From contig NW_013657667.1 of assembly GCF_000142905.1 (NCBI RefSeq), positions 6,801 through 70,800 of the forward strand: 64,000 bases of DNA, read 5' to 3'. The notes beneath the pieces were generated by a model. That model ran no database searches. It had not been told where the DNA came from and worked only from the letters and a program-made list of their open reading frames with translations. The position numbers were made by a program, and so were the translations under genes. Below are positions 12,058 to 23,231 of this stretch, one piece after another. Source of the stretch: Thecamonas trahens ATCC 50062 (lineage: Eukaryota; Protista; Apusomonadida). Positions within the stretch are counted from its first letter, which is position 1. Every line of letters begins with the position of its first letter.

Positions 12058-12504
12058 GACAGAGTACACCACGGACGAGCTAGTACCAGTACCGCTACTA
12101 CTATCACCAAGCACACTCTGTTGCTATCTCCTCCCCAGAACCTGTCTCTGATCCCGCGTTGAGTGTGCCCTCACCCACCTCCGAACACTGACCATTGTTC
12201 GCTACGGAGCCATGTCGCACTGTTCCTGGCCACCACCACCACCACCACCACCGCCACCACCGCCACCGCCCCCATCATACCCACCACCATTGCCACCACC
12301 ATCATCATCATTGCCACTCACCATCCCCACTGCCCCTCTGCCCACACCTTGGCCGCGGTGCAGGTGACGACGCTGTGCTGCTGAGTCCGTACCCACATCC
12401 GCGCACAGGTGCGAGCTGCGTGCTCAGTCTGCCCCTCTGTCGTCTTCAGCCTGCACCACTACCAGCAAGAAGCTTACAGCTGCGGTCGCAAGGGAACAGC
12501 TTTA

Positions 12505-12986
12505 TCACGTGTAGGTGGGCACGGTGAGGTTGATAAGGGCCTCGATCGTCAGGGGTTCCAGATCATGTCCATGATGTGGTTTGCCCGCGGGCTCGAACTC
12601 GGGCTCACCGACATCCGAAGCGGCAGCGGGACAGTATCGTTCGCAGGAGGTGTGTGTTACGAGGGATACGCAGGGATATGCCACGGTAGGAGCAGCTCGC
12701 GGCTTCCACTGTGCGCCGGCCCATCCGCCGCATCCGATCGCGCCACAGACGGTCGCCGTGCCGCGCGCTGGCACGGTTCCACACCGTCAGGCGCATCTGG
12801 GTCCCACCGGCGCGAGCCATGCCTTGCCCCATAGATGGGCATGCTGCCGAAATAGTGACCGTCACCACTCCCATCATCGAAATCGCTCACTACGAATGAA
12901 TCGGCCGACTCCGTCTCTGAGATGGATCCAGGCGCGCCAGAGGCATCACCATCCGAGTCGACCACCATTGACATAACAAAGTCCAT
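12505..12986 (-). CDS. Possible short hypothetical acidic protein (structure uncertain)
   Basis: ORF 12657-12986 starts MDFVMSMVVDSDGD with coding-like composition. An overlapping frame continues to 12505. No recognisable domain. Confidence 0.25.
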
Positions 12987-13407
12987 GTTGCGCTTTTGAG
13001 TCGCAATGAGTCAAGTGTCCTTCTGTCCGGTGCGATCTATTCCCATCCCACTCATTCTCCCAGTCCAGTACAATCCAAAGTGTGACGTTTGGGCGACTCG
13101 ATCCGACCAAGCCAACCGACCACACATGCCCTGGATCAGCGAGCCAGGGGCTGGAGCCCATGCATCTTACCATCCCTGCGCTAAAACCTTTATATCTCGC
13201 CGCCTCCACAGCTCCTGAACATGGTCTTTGTCGCAGCCCACATTCCTCGCCTTCCCCATCCCACTGCACCATGCATGCCGTGCCCCTCCCTCAACCCGCT
13301 CGCCGCGAGTCACACACCACCTACACGCCGCGAGACACGCCGCCACACGCCGTGACGCTGCCTCCACGTACCGCACCCGACTCCCCTCGACAGTGTCGAC
13401 CTCACTT

Positions 13408-16302
13408 ATGGAGACCCTGTTAGCGGTACTCCACACACCGCTGGGTGCGGTGGGAGGCGTCCTTGCATGGTCTGGCGTCTTTCTCTTCGGCATTGTCTCG
13501 GGTGCTCTGCTGGCTACGGCAGGCATCGCCTACTTTCTCCTCTTTGCCTCGTCCAAGGCCATCGTCTTTGCTGATGGAGTCTCCACCACGGCTCCTGGTG
13601 CGAGCTATGTTCGCCTGACGGATGCCGATGCAGCGTATGCTGGCCATGCTCCGCTTTCGGATGCTGATGCAGAGATGCTTCATGGCGCTGGCGTGGAAGT
13701 CATCGACGCAGATGCGGCGTCCGTGGCTGGCCTCGGCGCGCTCGTCCACAACCTCACTGATCTCGGTGCATACCTCACTGTCCTCCGCAGGAGAAGAAAG
13801 CACGGCGCGGCGCCCACTCGTGGCGATGCGACGGTGCGTGCCCGTGCCCGCAATGCATCGGAAGCCTTTCGCGCGGCAGAGCACAACCCGGACGCCCGCG
13901 TCGCCAAGGCAGACATCATCATCCGCGAAGGCTTGGTCGACATGATCGGCGGTCGGTTCCGGACGTGGAAGCATCGCTTCCTAGTTGTTGTCGATGGCCT
14001 GCTCAAGGTCTACAACAAGAAGGGCACTGAGCTCCGCTACGAGGTCCAGCTCCGCGAGGCTGTGCTCAAGGAGGACGCGAACCGCGACCCGTCGAACCAC
14101 ACCTTTATCCTTGCGCTCCCCACACATACCTCTGGCCCTCGTACCGACGAAGCACACGTCGAGTACTTTAGGTGCGCCGACGCCGACGACCGCGCAGCCT
14201 GGATCGTCGCCCTCACCCGCGCCATCTCGGGCGCGCGTGCCTTGGCCACCGACTCGGACTCGGACGACGGCATGGCTGCTTTTTCAAGGCCCGCAACCGC
14301 GCCGTCAACACCCAAGGCCACCTCCCGCCCGCTCGGCCTTGACTCGGCTTCCTCGACGATCCCGGACCTTGCACACGCTGACGACTACTCAACCCTCGAC
14401 TCGGACTGGGCTGGCGGAGCGCGCACGCGGGCGTCGTCGTCGTCTGCCGCTGCTGCCGCCGCCACTGCCGACAACGACGCGGGCCTGCCGCAGGTTCCGT
14501 TTGGTGCACCGGTGTGGGAGTCGGCCGAGTGGCTCAACACCCTTCTTCCACTCTTCTACCACGACCTGGTTATCTCCCGGCGAATCGCGCAGTACGAGAA
14601 CTACATGCGTCTCAAGTTTGCGCACCTTCTCAATGCCATTGAGAAGCCCAACTTTGTCTCGACCTTTGTCGTCTCGCACTTTGAGCTCGGGAGCGATCCG
14701 CCTGTTGTCGAGTCGGTCAAAGCCTACCCGTTTGACGACGCTCGTGACGAGCTCACGCTCCGGGCGCACATCCACCTCCCAGCCTCCACCACCATGACCA
14801 TCTCGACCACCATCTTTGGCGCCATTCCAGTCGTTGTTACCGTCGATGTTTCACAAGTGACTGGAGAGATCGAGATTGTGCTCCCTGGCTCGCTCAACCG
14901 GCTCTCGACCCTCGCCTTTGTCCGCCCGCCGCACCTTGCCGTCCGCATTGTCTCGCGCATCGGCAAGAAAGAGCAGGTCAAGAACATTCCGCTTCTTGCC
15001 GAGTTTCTCACCTCGCGCATCCACGCCGAGGTTGCTCGTCAGTTTGTGGCCCCGCACAAGCGCTACTTTTCTATCCCCTTCAACGGCCGCCCGTTTGCGC
15101 TCTACTCGGATGAGCAGATGCTGCAGCTCGCCCGTGGACTTCCGCTCGAGCGCGACGAGTACTTTTACGACGAGGATTCGATGGCGGCGTTTGTAGGCTC
15201 CCACCCGCGGACGCACTCGGAACGCTCGTCCGAGGCCTCGGTGAGCACAGCGCCGTGGCGCTCGTTCAAGGCCGGCTTTCTCTATGTCGCTCTTCCCAAC
15301 GCCCCGCCCACCACCGCAGGCTCGATGTACGTTGTCCTCTCGGGTAGCACGCTCGCGCTATACGCCTCGCGGGCCGAGCCAGAGCCGGAGCGGGTCCTCA
15401 ATCTCCACGACGCGTTTGTGGACTTTGTGCCCGCTGCCCGCGACGGCGCCGAGGCCGCCCACGGCTTCCCATGGCGGCTCGACGTCAACGGCGTTCATGC
15501 TGTTGATCTCTACGCCGCCTCGGCTGTCGAGCGGACCGAGTGGATTGCTGCTCTCCGCGCTGTCGGCGGACAGGTCGACGAGGCATGGCTCGAGCTCGAG
15601 CTCGCCGCCCGCCATGCCGCCGCCACCACCATCCAAGCCTGGGCTCGCGGCCTTGGTGCCCGCGCCCGCCTTGCCGCCATCCGCGCCCGCCGCGAGCTCC
15701 TTGGCATTCTCATCGAGAGTGAGGCCTCGTACGTCGCCGACCTCGACACGCTTGTGACTGGCTACCGAGCTCCGCTCCTTGCTGCGCTCGGCTCGGACGA
15801 GCCGATTCTGTTTTCGGCCGACGAGATCGATGCCGTCACTGGCACCGGCTCGTCACAGCTCCTTGTCCTCCACCGCACCTTGCTCACTCAGCTAACGTCC
15901 AAGGCTGCCGCGTGGAACGCGTACACCACGCTCGGTGACGCCTTTGTTGCCCTTGCACACGACGGAAAGTCGCTGTTCAAGGCCTACGGGAAAAACGTGG
16001 CGATCTGCGTCTCGCGGCTCTCACGCGCCCAGGCAAGAGCCCCAGCATTCGCTTCGTTCCTCCAAACCCGTGAGCTGACCGACGGCCTTGTCGGCCTCTC
16101 GCCGCTGCTGAACAAGCCGATGTACCGGCTCGAAAAATACGCCATTCTACTGCGCAACGTGCTCGCACATACCCAGCGGCTAGTCCGCCATCACGATCTA
16201 GTCCTCCTCGACACTGCCATTCGCAACATTGAGGCCGCAGCCGCCAGCATGCACTCGGCCGCAGACCGCGCCGGTGCTGCTCTCGCGGCTACAATCACGT
16301 AG
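13408..16302 (+). CDS. Membrane-anchored PH-SMP lipid-transfer protein (Nvj2/TEX2-like) fused to PH-IQ-RhoGEF (DH)
   Basis: N-terminal hydrophobic hairpin. PH: IREGLV..WKHRFLVV..DRAAWIVAL. SMP: ESAEWLN..KPNFVSTFVVSHFELGSDPP..AFVRPPHL. Second PH: ERTEWIAALR. IQ: TIQAWARGLGAR. DH: RELLGILIESEASYVADL..LLNKPMYRLEKYAILLRNVLAHT. Confidence 0.82.
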   Translation: METLLAVLHTPLGAVGGVLAWSGVFLFGIVSGALLATAGIAYFLLFASSKAIVFADGVSTTAPGASYVRLTDADAAYAGHAPLSDADAEMLHGAGVEVIDADAASVAGLGALVHNLTDLGAYLTVLRRRRKHGAAPTRGDATVRARARNASEAFRAAEHNPDARVAKADIIIREGLVDMIGGRFRTWKHRFLVVVDGLLKVYNKKGTELRYEVQLREAVLKEDANRDPSNHTFILALPTHTSGPRTDEAHVEYFRCADADDRAAWIVALTRAISGARALATDSDSDDGMAAFSRPATAPSTPKATSRPLGLDSASSTIPDLAHADDYSTLDSDWAGGARTRASSSSAAAAAATADNDAGLPQVPFGAPVWESAEWLNTLLPLFYHDLVISRRIAQYENYMRLKFAHLLNAIEKPNFVSTFVVSHFELGSDPPVVESVKAYPFDDARDELTLRAHIHLPASTTMTISTTIFGAIPVVVTVDVSQVTGEIEIVLPGSLNRLSTLAFVRPPHLAVRIVSRIGKKEQVKNIPLLAEFLTSRIHAEVARQFVAPHKRYFSIPFNGRPFALYSDEQMLQLARGLPLERDEYFYDEDSMAAFVGSHPRTHSERSSEASVSTAPWRSFKAGFLYVALPNAPPTTAGSMYVVLSGSTLALYASRAEPEPERVLNLHDAFVDFVPAARDGAEAAHGFPWRLDVNGVHAVDLYAASAVERTEWIAALRAVGGQVDEAWLELELAARHAAATTIQAWARGLGARARLAAIRARRELLGILIESEASYVADLDTLVTGYRAPLLAALGSDEPILFSADEIDAVTGTGSSQLLVLHRTLLTQLTSKAAAWNAYTTLGDAFVALAHDGKSLFKAYGKNVAICVSRLSRAQARAPAFASFLQTRELTDGLVGLSPLLNKPMYRLEKYAILLRNVLAHTQRLVRHHDLVLLDTAIRNIEAAAASMHSAADRAGAALAATIT

Positions 16303-16332
16303 TGCACTCCGCCTTTGGAGTCGCCACATTGC

Positions 16333-17973
16333 TTACCCGCTGCCCAAAAGCGGCGTGGCTTCCGCGGCATTGGCCGGAGCATTCGCGCGCAGCGAGCGCG
16401 TTGAGCGCGCCACCAGCACTGAGCTGCAGTCGCGGCCATCGGGTTCGTCCATTGGCACAAATTCGCCGACGTCGTCGTCCTCGTCGGTGGTCGACGAACC
16501 GTAGTCACCGACCCGCAGCAGCACGTTTGGCGCCACCGCTGGGATGTTGCGGACTGAGATGGAGAAGGCCACCAGCGTGACAAAGCAGAGGCCAGCCATG
16601 ACAAAGTAAGCGATGTACATGGCACTCGCCGACGCAGGATTGCCAAACAGGCCGGCCGCAATGAGCGAGCCGACCGCTTGCACAATCGACCACATCGCCG
16701 TCACCTGGTTGCGCAGCGCCGGCGGCGAGCGCGCATACGCAAACTCGAGGCCCGAGACGCCGATAAAGACCTCGCCGATGGCGATGGCCATGTACTGTGG
16801 CAATTGCCAGTAGACTGGGACCACGCCCTTGCCCTTTGCATCGATCTCGCGCTGGACAAGCGCGGAGCCGACGTATGCCAGCACGCCGCAGCAGAGGCCA
16901 AACTTCATCCGCGGAATCGAGCGGAACGGCACGCCAAAGACCCGCTGGTAGCCCGGCGCCACAAGGTACTCGATGACAACCGCACCAAGGATGCAGCAAA
17001 TGTCTTCAAACGCAAACATGGCGTCGGCTGGAATTTCAAACGAGCCAACATGGCGGTCCATGTCCTCAGACTGGTACACCCACACCGAGTAAATGGCAAA
17101 GAGCGCCGTGTAGAAGATGGGCAGTGACCAGAAGCAGAGCACGACCGGGCGCAGGACAATCGCCATCTCGCGCGCTTGCTTCCACAGCGAGAGCAGCTTC
17201 TCCCACAGCGGCTGCTGCATGCTTTGCTGCACCAATCTCCTTGGCTTGCGCTCCGGCTCAAGCTTGACGTAGTACCGCGAGCCGGCCAAGAGCGCAAGCC
17301 AGCCCAAGACCGCGCATCCGAGCAAGGCGAGCATGGCTGCCTGCAGCGAGACGTACGCCCGCAAGATCGGCGCACCAACATCTCCCACCAGTGCGCCGAC
17401 GTTGCACCACGCGTAGAACATGGAGAATGAGGCCTCAAGCTCGGCCGTCTCGACGGCGTCAAACTGGTCGGCGAGAAAGACCGACTGGACCGGGTTGATG
17501 GCGCCGTAGCCGATGGCAATGAGTGCCATCGAGAGTGAGGAGAACAAATACCGCCAAAGCGCCCATGGTGCGGCGGCGTTAAAGGCCGAGATAGCCATGA
17601 GCACAGCACCAATGACCCAGGTCGACGCAGCGATGCGCTGCAAGCGATAGCTGCCCAGGATCGAGTCGGCAACGTACGCGCCGACAACGCCAGTGAGCGA
17701 GTATGCAACGATAAACAACGAGGCAATGAGCGAGGCTCTCCACTCGACCATGCCCACATGATCTCGGAGGTAGATGACCATGACAACTTGAAGGCCCATT
17801 TGCGCTGCAGACTGGAAAACAAGCATGCCCGAGATGGCAGCGACGGCCACTCGCCGGCGCCGCCGCCTGCTCGGCACCTCTGACCGTCGTTGGTTCTCGA
17901 CCATGGCCAAGTCGTTCTCTGTCTGCGCCCCGAACGGTTCCACTTGGGTCGTGGTGAGCATGGTGCTCTCCAT
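16333..17973 (-). CDS. Proton-dependent oligopeptide transporter (POT/PTR, SLC15 family), MFS
   Basis: About 12 hydrophobic segments. Motifs GAYVADSILGSYR, FLADQF, FYAWCNVGAL, WQLPQY..GEVFIGVSGLEFAYARSP. Confidence 0.9.
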   Translation of the reverse strand: MESTMLTTTQVEPFGAQTENDLAMVENQRRSEVPSRRRRRRVAVAAISGMLVFQSAAQMGLQVVMVIYLRDHVGMVEWRASLIASLFIVAYSLTGVVGAYVADSILGSYRLQRIAASTWVIGAVLMAISAFNAAAPWALWRYLFSSLSMALIAIGYGAINPVQSVFLADQFDAVETAELEASFSMFYAWCNVGALVGDVGAPILRAYVSLQAAMLALLGCAVLGWLALLAGSRYYVKLEPERKPRRLVQQSMQQPLWEKLLSLWKQAREMAIVLRPVVLCFWSLPIFYTALFAIYSVWVYQSEDMDRHVGSFEIPADAMFAFEDICCILGAVVIEYLVAPGYQRVFGVPFRSIPRMKFGLCCGVLAYVGSALVQREIDAKGKGVVPVYWQLPQYMAIAIGEVFIGVSGLEFAYARSPPALRNQVTAMWSIVQAVGSLIAAGLFGNPASASAMYIAYFVMAGLCFVTLVAFSISVRNIPAVAPNVLLRVGDYGSSTTDEDDDVGEFVPMDEPDGRDCSSVLVARSTRSLRANAPANAAEATPLLGSG

Positions 17974-18213
17974 TCTACCTGCGTCTGCTATGGCCTCTCA
18001 GCTGGGGGCCTCCTCTACCTTCTTGGCCCCGCTCTTCCGCCTCCTCCAATGCCGTGTAGCCGCGCTGGCAAACCACAAGTCTGGACGAGAGACAACTAGC
18101 TTTGTCCAGCGGCGTGGCCAAAATTGCCGTGCCGCATCCTGCGTGCCACTCGCGGAGGGGGAGCGTGTGGTGGTGCTCGCAGCGGTTTAAAGGGCTTGAG
18201 ACGTGTCCCAGGT

Positions 18214-21200
18214 CTACAGCATGGCGTTCCAGGCATTGAGCATGGCGGCCGAGTGCTCGCGGTTGATAAGGACAAACTTGTCGATGAACGACGAGATCTC
18301 GTTGACCTGCTTGGAGCGAAAGTACTCGGCCTCCTTGTCGAGGCAATAGTTGACAAAGGCAAAGGAACGGCGTGCCTGGGCCACGGCGCGGTTCTCCGCG
18401 ACGCGGGCCTCCTCGGCGCGATCGACACCATCAGTCTTGCCGCCGCGGCGGAGCTTCTGGACCTTGGCCTCGGTCGAGCGGAGCTTCTTCTCTTGCGAAG
18501 CGAGTGACTTGGACTCCTTGGCGGCGGTGTCAAAGAGGGCGGAGAAGGCCTCGGCGCGCCGGGCGTGCATCCAGACGCGGATGAGAACACGCGATACAAG
18601 CTTGCTCGAGGTGGAGGAGAGGACCTTGTCGGCGACGCCGACCATGCCCTCGCCGAGCTTGACCATGTCCTCGGCCTGGATGGCAAACGAGGAGTCGGTC
18701 GAAGACCACGACGCGATGCCGGACTCGTCGCCTGCGCGGCGGGTCATAGCGGTGCCGAGCCCTGAGATGGCCTCGGTGTAGGCCGAGTGGGCGACGGCGG
18801 CGTCCATGCAAAAGTCAGCGATCTCGCTGACGGCAAGCGCTGTCGACTTGACTTCGGCGTGGACAGCTTCGAGGTAGGCGTCGATGCCGGCGCGGAGGAG
18901 CTCGCCGGCATCCTGGGAATGGACGTGAAATTCGAGCTCGGTCTCGGGCTGTGCCTTGCGCAGCTCCTTCTTGGCGCGCTCAAAGCCCTTGCCCTCCTCC
19001 TGGAAAAAGGCGACAAGGATTTCGGGCTTTTGGTAGAAGACCGGCCGCGAGAGCACGTTGTTGACAAACTCATTGAGGCCGAGGCGGCGGAACTCGGCAA
19101 AGTCCTCGTCGGTCAGCTTCTTGACTGGCTTCTTGGGCGGGAGTGCCGGGACGAGCCGGAACGGATAGACCTCGGAGAGGACGTCGGCGAGCCACTGAAA
19201 GTCCGAGTACCGCCGCTTCACCACAGACAGCTCCGAGCCAGCGGTGACCTGGACCGTGTACTCGGTGTGCTTGACAAAGATGTTGCCCTTGCGGGTAACG
19301 TCCTTGGCTATCACCGCCCGCCAGCACTCAAAGTCAGCCGGGAGTTGCTGGATCCGCGCAGCACGCGACGACGTCCCGCCTCCGGCGGGCGCGGTTGCCG
19401 ACGACGAGGCCCGCGACCGCGTGCCCGAGCTCGACCCGGCGTCGTCGTGATACTCGAAGCTCGAGTCAAACGACGGCCACTCCAGCGTGCTGGAGAGCGT
19501 CTCAAGCCGCTCCAGCGAAGCCGGTGGGCCGTGCTGCTGAACCAGCGCCACAAGCTTGGCTCCGGTGATGAACGCCGATCGAGTGAGGGTCGCCGAGCCT
19601 TCGGCGGCCAGGTCCCACACCTGACGGAGGACGGACTTGGGCAAGTTCGACTTTTTGAACACCGCCACCGCCCTCTTGGCCGACATGCCCGCCGGTGAGT
19701 CGGTGTACTGCGCAAAGAGCGAGTCCCACCCGGCCATGGTGGTTCCGGCAAAAAGCGATGCAGCCGAGTCGTTGCCAAACGGGTTGGACGATGCGTCTGA
19801 CATGGTCGACGCCGGCGTTGCCGCCCCGCCGGAACCAAATGCAGATGCAAGGTCAAACGGCGCGGACTTGGCGCTGCTTGCGGTAGGAGTCGGTGTCTCG
19901 GGCGTCGCAATCGCCGGTGATTCGGCCCCTTCAACGATACCGGCGCCGGCTGTCGATGGCGCGCCGAAGACGTCAAAGCCTGCCGGCGCGACTGCTGGCT
20001 TGGGCGTGTCGGATGCGTTCGATGCCGGTGCACTCATGCCGGCAAACAAGTCGGTGTTGTTGGTTGCAGCCGGCGTGCCAAAGGTGTCAAAGCCTGCCGG
20101 CGCGACTGCTGGCTTGGGCGTGTCGGATGCGTTCGATGCCGGTGCACTTATGCCGGCAAACAAGTCGGTGTTGTTGGTAGCAGCCGGCGTGCCAAAGGTG
20201 TCAAAGCCTGCCGGCGCGACCGCTGGCTTGGACGCGTCGGATGCGTTCGATGCCGGTGCACTCATGCCGGCAAACAAGTCGGTGTTGTTGGTTGCAGCCG
20301 GCGTGCCAAAGGTGTCAAAGCCTGCCGGCGCGACCGCTGGCTTGGACGCGTCGGATGCGTTCGATGCCGGTGCACTCATGCCGGCAAACAAGTCGGTGTT
20401 GTTGGTTGCAGCCGGCGTGCCAAAGGTGTCAAAGCCTGCCGGCGCGACCGCTGGCTTGGACGCGCCGGATGCTGCCGCCGGCGCGGGGTTCGGCTCGGCT
20501 GCCGCGCCTGCCGCCAGCTTCGACTTGGCAAGCAGATCACCACCCGTAGTCGGCTCGCCAAACACTGGAAATACAGAGCCTGGGCTCGGGCTCGGGCTCG
20601 GATTAGGGCTGGGGCCGGGCTTTGCCTCGCTGGAGCCAAAGACTGCAAACGGCTCGCTGGCTGGTGCCCCAAACGTTGCAAACGCGTTGTTCGACTGCGC
20701 AGGCGCGGCTGCCGCTTCGTCGAATGCTGGGAACGCAGCAGCCTGGGTGGCGATGCCGGAGCCTGGGCCCGAGGCCACGGCGAACACAGCGTACTTGTCC
20801 TGGGCTGGAGCCGCAGCTTGGGCCGGAGCCGCAGTCTCCACCGGGGCTGGTGTGTCATTGGCCAGTGATGCGGGTGCGGCTGCCGCTTCGTCGAATGCTG
20901 GAAACGCAGCGGCCTGGGTGGCGATGCCGGAGCCTGGGCCCGAGGCCGCGGCGAACACAGCGTACTTGTCCTGGGCTGGAGCCGCAGCTTGGGCCGGAGC
21001 CACAGTCTCCGCCGGGGCTCCGCCAAAGGCAGCAAATCCGCCATGGGTAGCAGGCGGCTGGCTGGTGCCAAACGTGGCACCAAAGCCGCCCTGATCAGGC
21101 TGTGCCGCGCTCGCGCTGCCAAACACAGCCTCAAAACCTGCTGCTTGCTGCCCGCTACCCGGCCGAGCCTGCTGCCCTCCGCCGAGCTGAGCTTGCTGAT

Positions 21201-21808
21201 CTCCGCCAAACACCGCAAAGTTGGCAAAGCCACTGGCCCCGCCCTGAACCGGCTGTGATGCCGGGAGACCAGCTGCCGGTTCAAAGCCAGCAAAACCGCC
21301 ACTTGCTCCACCAGCAGCCGCTCCAGTTCCAGCCGCTGCACTAAACATTGCGAGTCCGTTTTGGTTTGCCGGCTGCGCCTGCTGCGCCTGCTGCGCCTGC
21401 TGCGCCTGCTGCGCCTGCTGCGCCTGCTGTCCCCATGGCATGAGACCGCCACCAGCCGCGGGCTGTCCCCCAGCCTCCGCTCCGCCAGCCCCAAAGAGAC
21501 CATCCAGCTGGTACTTGGACCGCTCAGTAAAGGCGCTTCACCCATTCAACAACATGTGAGTGCAATTCGTGTGCGTGTGTGTATGTGCATGTACATGTGT
21601 GTGTGTAACAAACCGGGGGGGGGGGGGGGGGGGGGGGTGACTGGTTGTGTACGTACCCTCCACCCGCAGGCGCAGTCGCACCACCACCAGCACTACCAGC
21701 GCCACCAGCGCCGCCAGTGCCAGCACCAGGCCATCCACTGGTACCACCACCACCACCACCACCACTTGGAGGGGCACTATCTCCTGTCGTAGGGAAGCCC
21801 CAATCCAT
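18214..21808 (-). CDS. Sorting nexin, SNX8/Mvp1-like (EH + PX + BAR), with a long low-complexity FxxF-rich N-terminus. Short exon1 from 21808, intron ~21656-21508
   Basis: PX: VKRRYSDFQWLADVLSEVYPFRLVPALPPKK. EH-like: FKKSNLPKSVLRQVWDLA. Helical BAR-like C-terminus. The splice phase needs one extra base at a G run next to the GTACGT donor. Confidence 0.82.
19972..20462 (-). repeat. 114-bp coding tandem repeat x~4.3 (GFDTFGTPAATNNTDLFAGMSAPASNASDASKPAVAPA)
   Basis: Near-identical units with a 114-nt period. Confidence 0.95.
20705..21010 (-). repeat. Internal coding duplication with 171-nt offset (APAQDKYAVFA.ASGPGSGIATQAAAFPAFDE x2)
   Basis: Two near-identical blocks 171 nt apart. Confidence 0.9.
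21372..21429 (-). repeat. 9-bp tandem repeat encoding (QQA)n
   Basis: (ctgcgcctg)n on the + strand. Confidence 0.9.
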
Positions 21809-22312
21809 AGCACGATATAGAGAGAACAATGTCCTCTACCTCGGTCGCCACCTCCACTCCGCCTGGTCGCCCCGCCCTCGTCTCCTGGCTATCGGGCAAC
21901 TCGGCGCGCCGACGACGAATATGAGCGACCGCCATTCCCCATCTCCACGTGTTCCTTTCTCACTTGAGACGCACACTCGTATCGCATAACTTGCATCGTT
22001 GTGAGTCTTGCTCCTCAGCTGGGAGGCGGCGATGGGTCGACCTGGCCAAAGTCGTGCGTGGGCCACGCCACCGTCCACCACCGCCCTCTGCAATATATAC
22101 CCCGCCCGATGACAACACTTTGCACACGCACCCTCCGTATATCCTTCGATCGTTCAACTCGCCCCGATCTACGTCCTCTACAACCCAGCATTGCAAGCTG
22201 CGACTGAGCTGCCTGGGCCCACGCTGCCTCGCAAGCTCTCTTCTCGCCAACCGCCGACTCCACCCCACGGTACCTACATACACCCACCCAACTCCACAAC
22301 GTTGTTATCACC

Positions 22313-23043
22313 ATGTTGGGATTTGTCATGCGGACGGTGCTGCGGACGGTGGTGGTGGGACTTGCGCTTGCTGGCTGGTTCTGGTCGCAGAATCTTCTCG
22401 CTACTCGGCTGACCAACCCAGAGGTGGCGGGCGGTTTCTTCATCGGTGATCGTGTTCATGATCTCCTCACGCCGCTCACCGACATGATTCGGGCCGACAA
22501 GCGGCTGAGCGATGGTCTTCTCATTGTGTCGTCGGCTGCCATCGATTTCTTTGGCGTCTCGTTTGCCATCTACTCCATCTTTGGTCCCTCGGTCCGTCCA
22601 CTCGTTGGCATCCTCATGTGCTTTGTCATGCGCCAGGCCATGCAGGCGGTGTGCATTCTCTCGGCTCCGCCGGGTGTCATCTGGTACGATCCGGGCTTCC
22701 CAACCCTCCTCGTCACCTATCACTCTCTCAACGACTACTTCTTCTCCGGCCACACCGCCATCGCCACCCTCTGCGCCATGGAGCTGATGCGCCTCGGCAA
22801 CAATGGCGAGCGCTACGCGTCCGGCTCGTGGCTACTCTCTGCCCTTGCTGCCGCCTTCTTCACCCTTGAGGTCTTCACTGTCCTCGTTCTCCGCGCCCAT
22901 TGGACCATGGACGTCTTCACCGGCGCTGTCGCCGGCCGCTACTCCTCCATCATCGCTCTCTGGTTTGCACCCAAGATCGACGCCGCCATTGCTGCGGCCA
23001 TCGCCTCTTTCTCCCCCCTGCCGTCCACACCAAGGCAGAGTAA
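22313..23043 (+). CDS. PAP2_C / sphingomyelin-synthase-like integral membrane phosphotransferase. True stop probably 23043 after a frameshift at the C6 run ~23013-23018
   Basis: Catalytic motifs DYFFSGHT and RAHWTMDV. About six TM segments. Adding one C gives the ending ..PPAVHTKAE*. The ORF-track fusion with the next gene spans an N-gap and is artefactual. Confidence 0.8.
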
Positions 23044-23231
23044 CAACAAACTTTGTGCTCTGTGTCCGATCCATCTTTCTTCTCACTATGCGTCGAAACT
23101 ATTTGCTGACTCTCCCACGTTTCCCGATCCGGCAACGACCGACGGCTGGGCGCGCGCGCCAACTTGCCACCACCTCACCGCTCCCCCCACCCCCACCACC
23201 CCCTCCCTCCCCCCTCCCCTCTTCCCCCACC

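Noticed and set aside
19972-20462. Regularly spaced repeats as a possible CRISPR array
   Set aside because: Units are contiguous 114-bp in-frame coding repeats with no unique spacers. The context is eukaryotic, with no cas genes.
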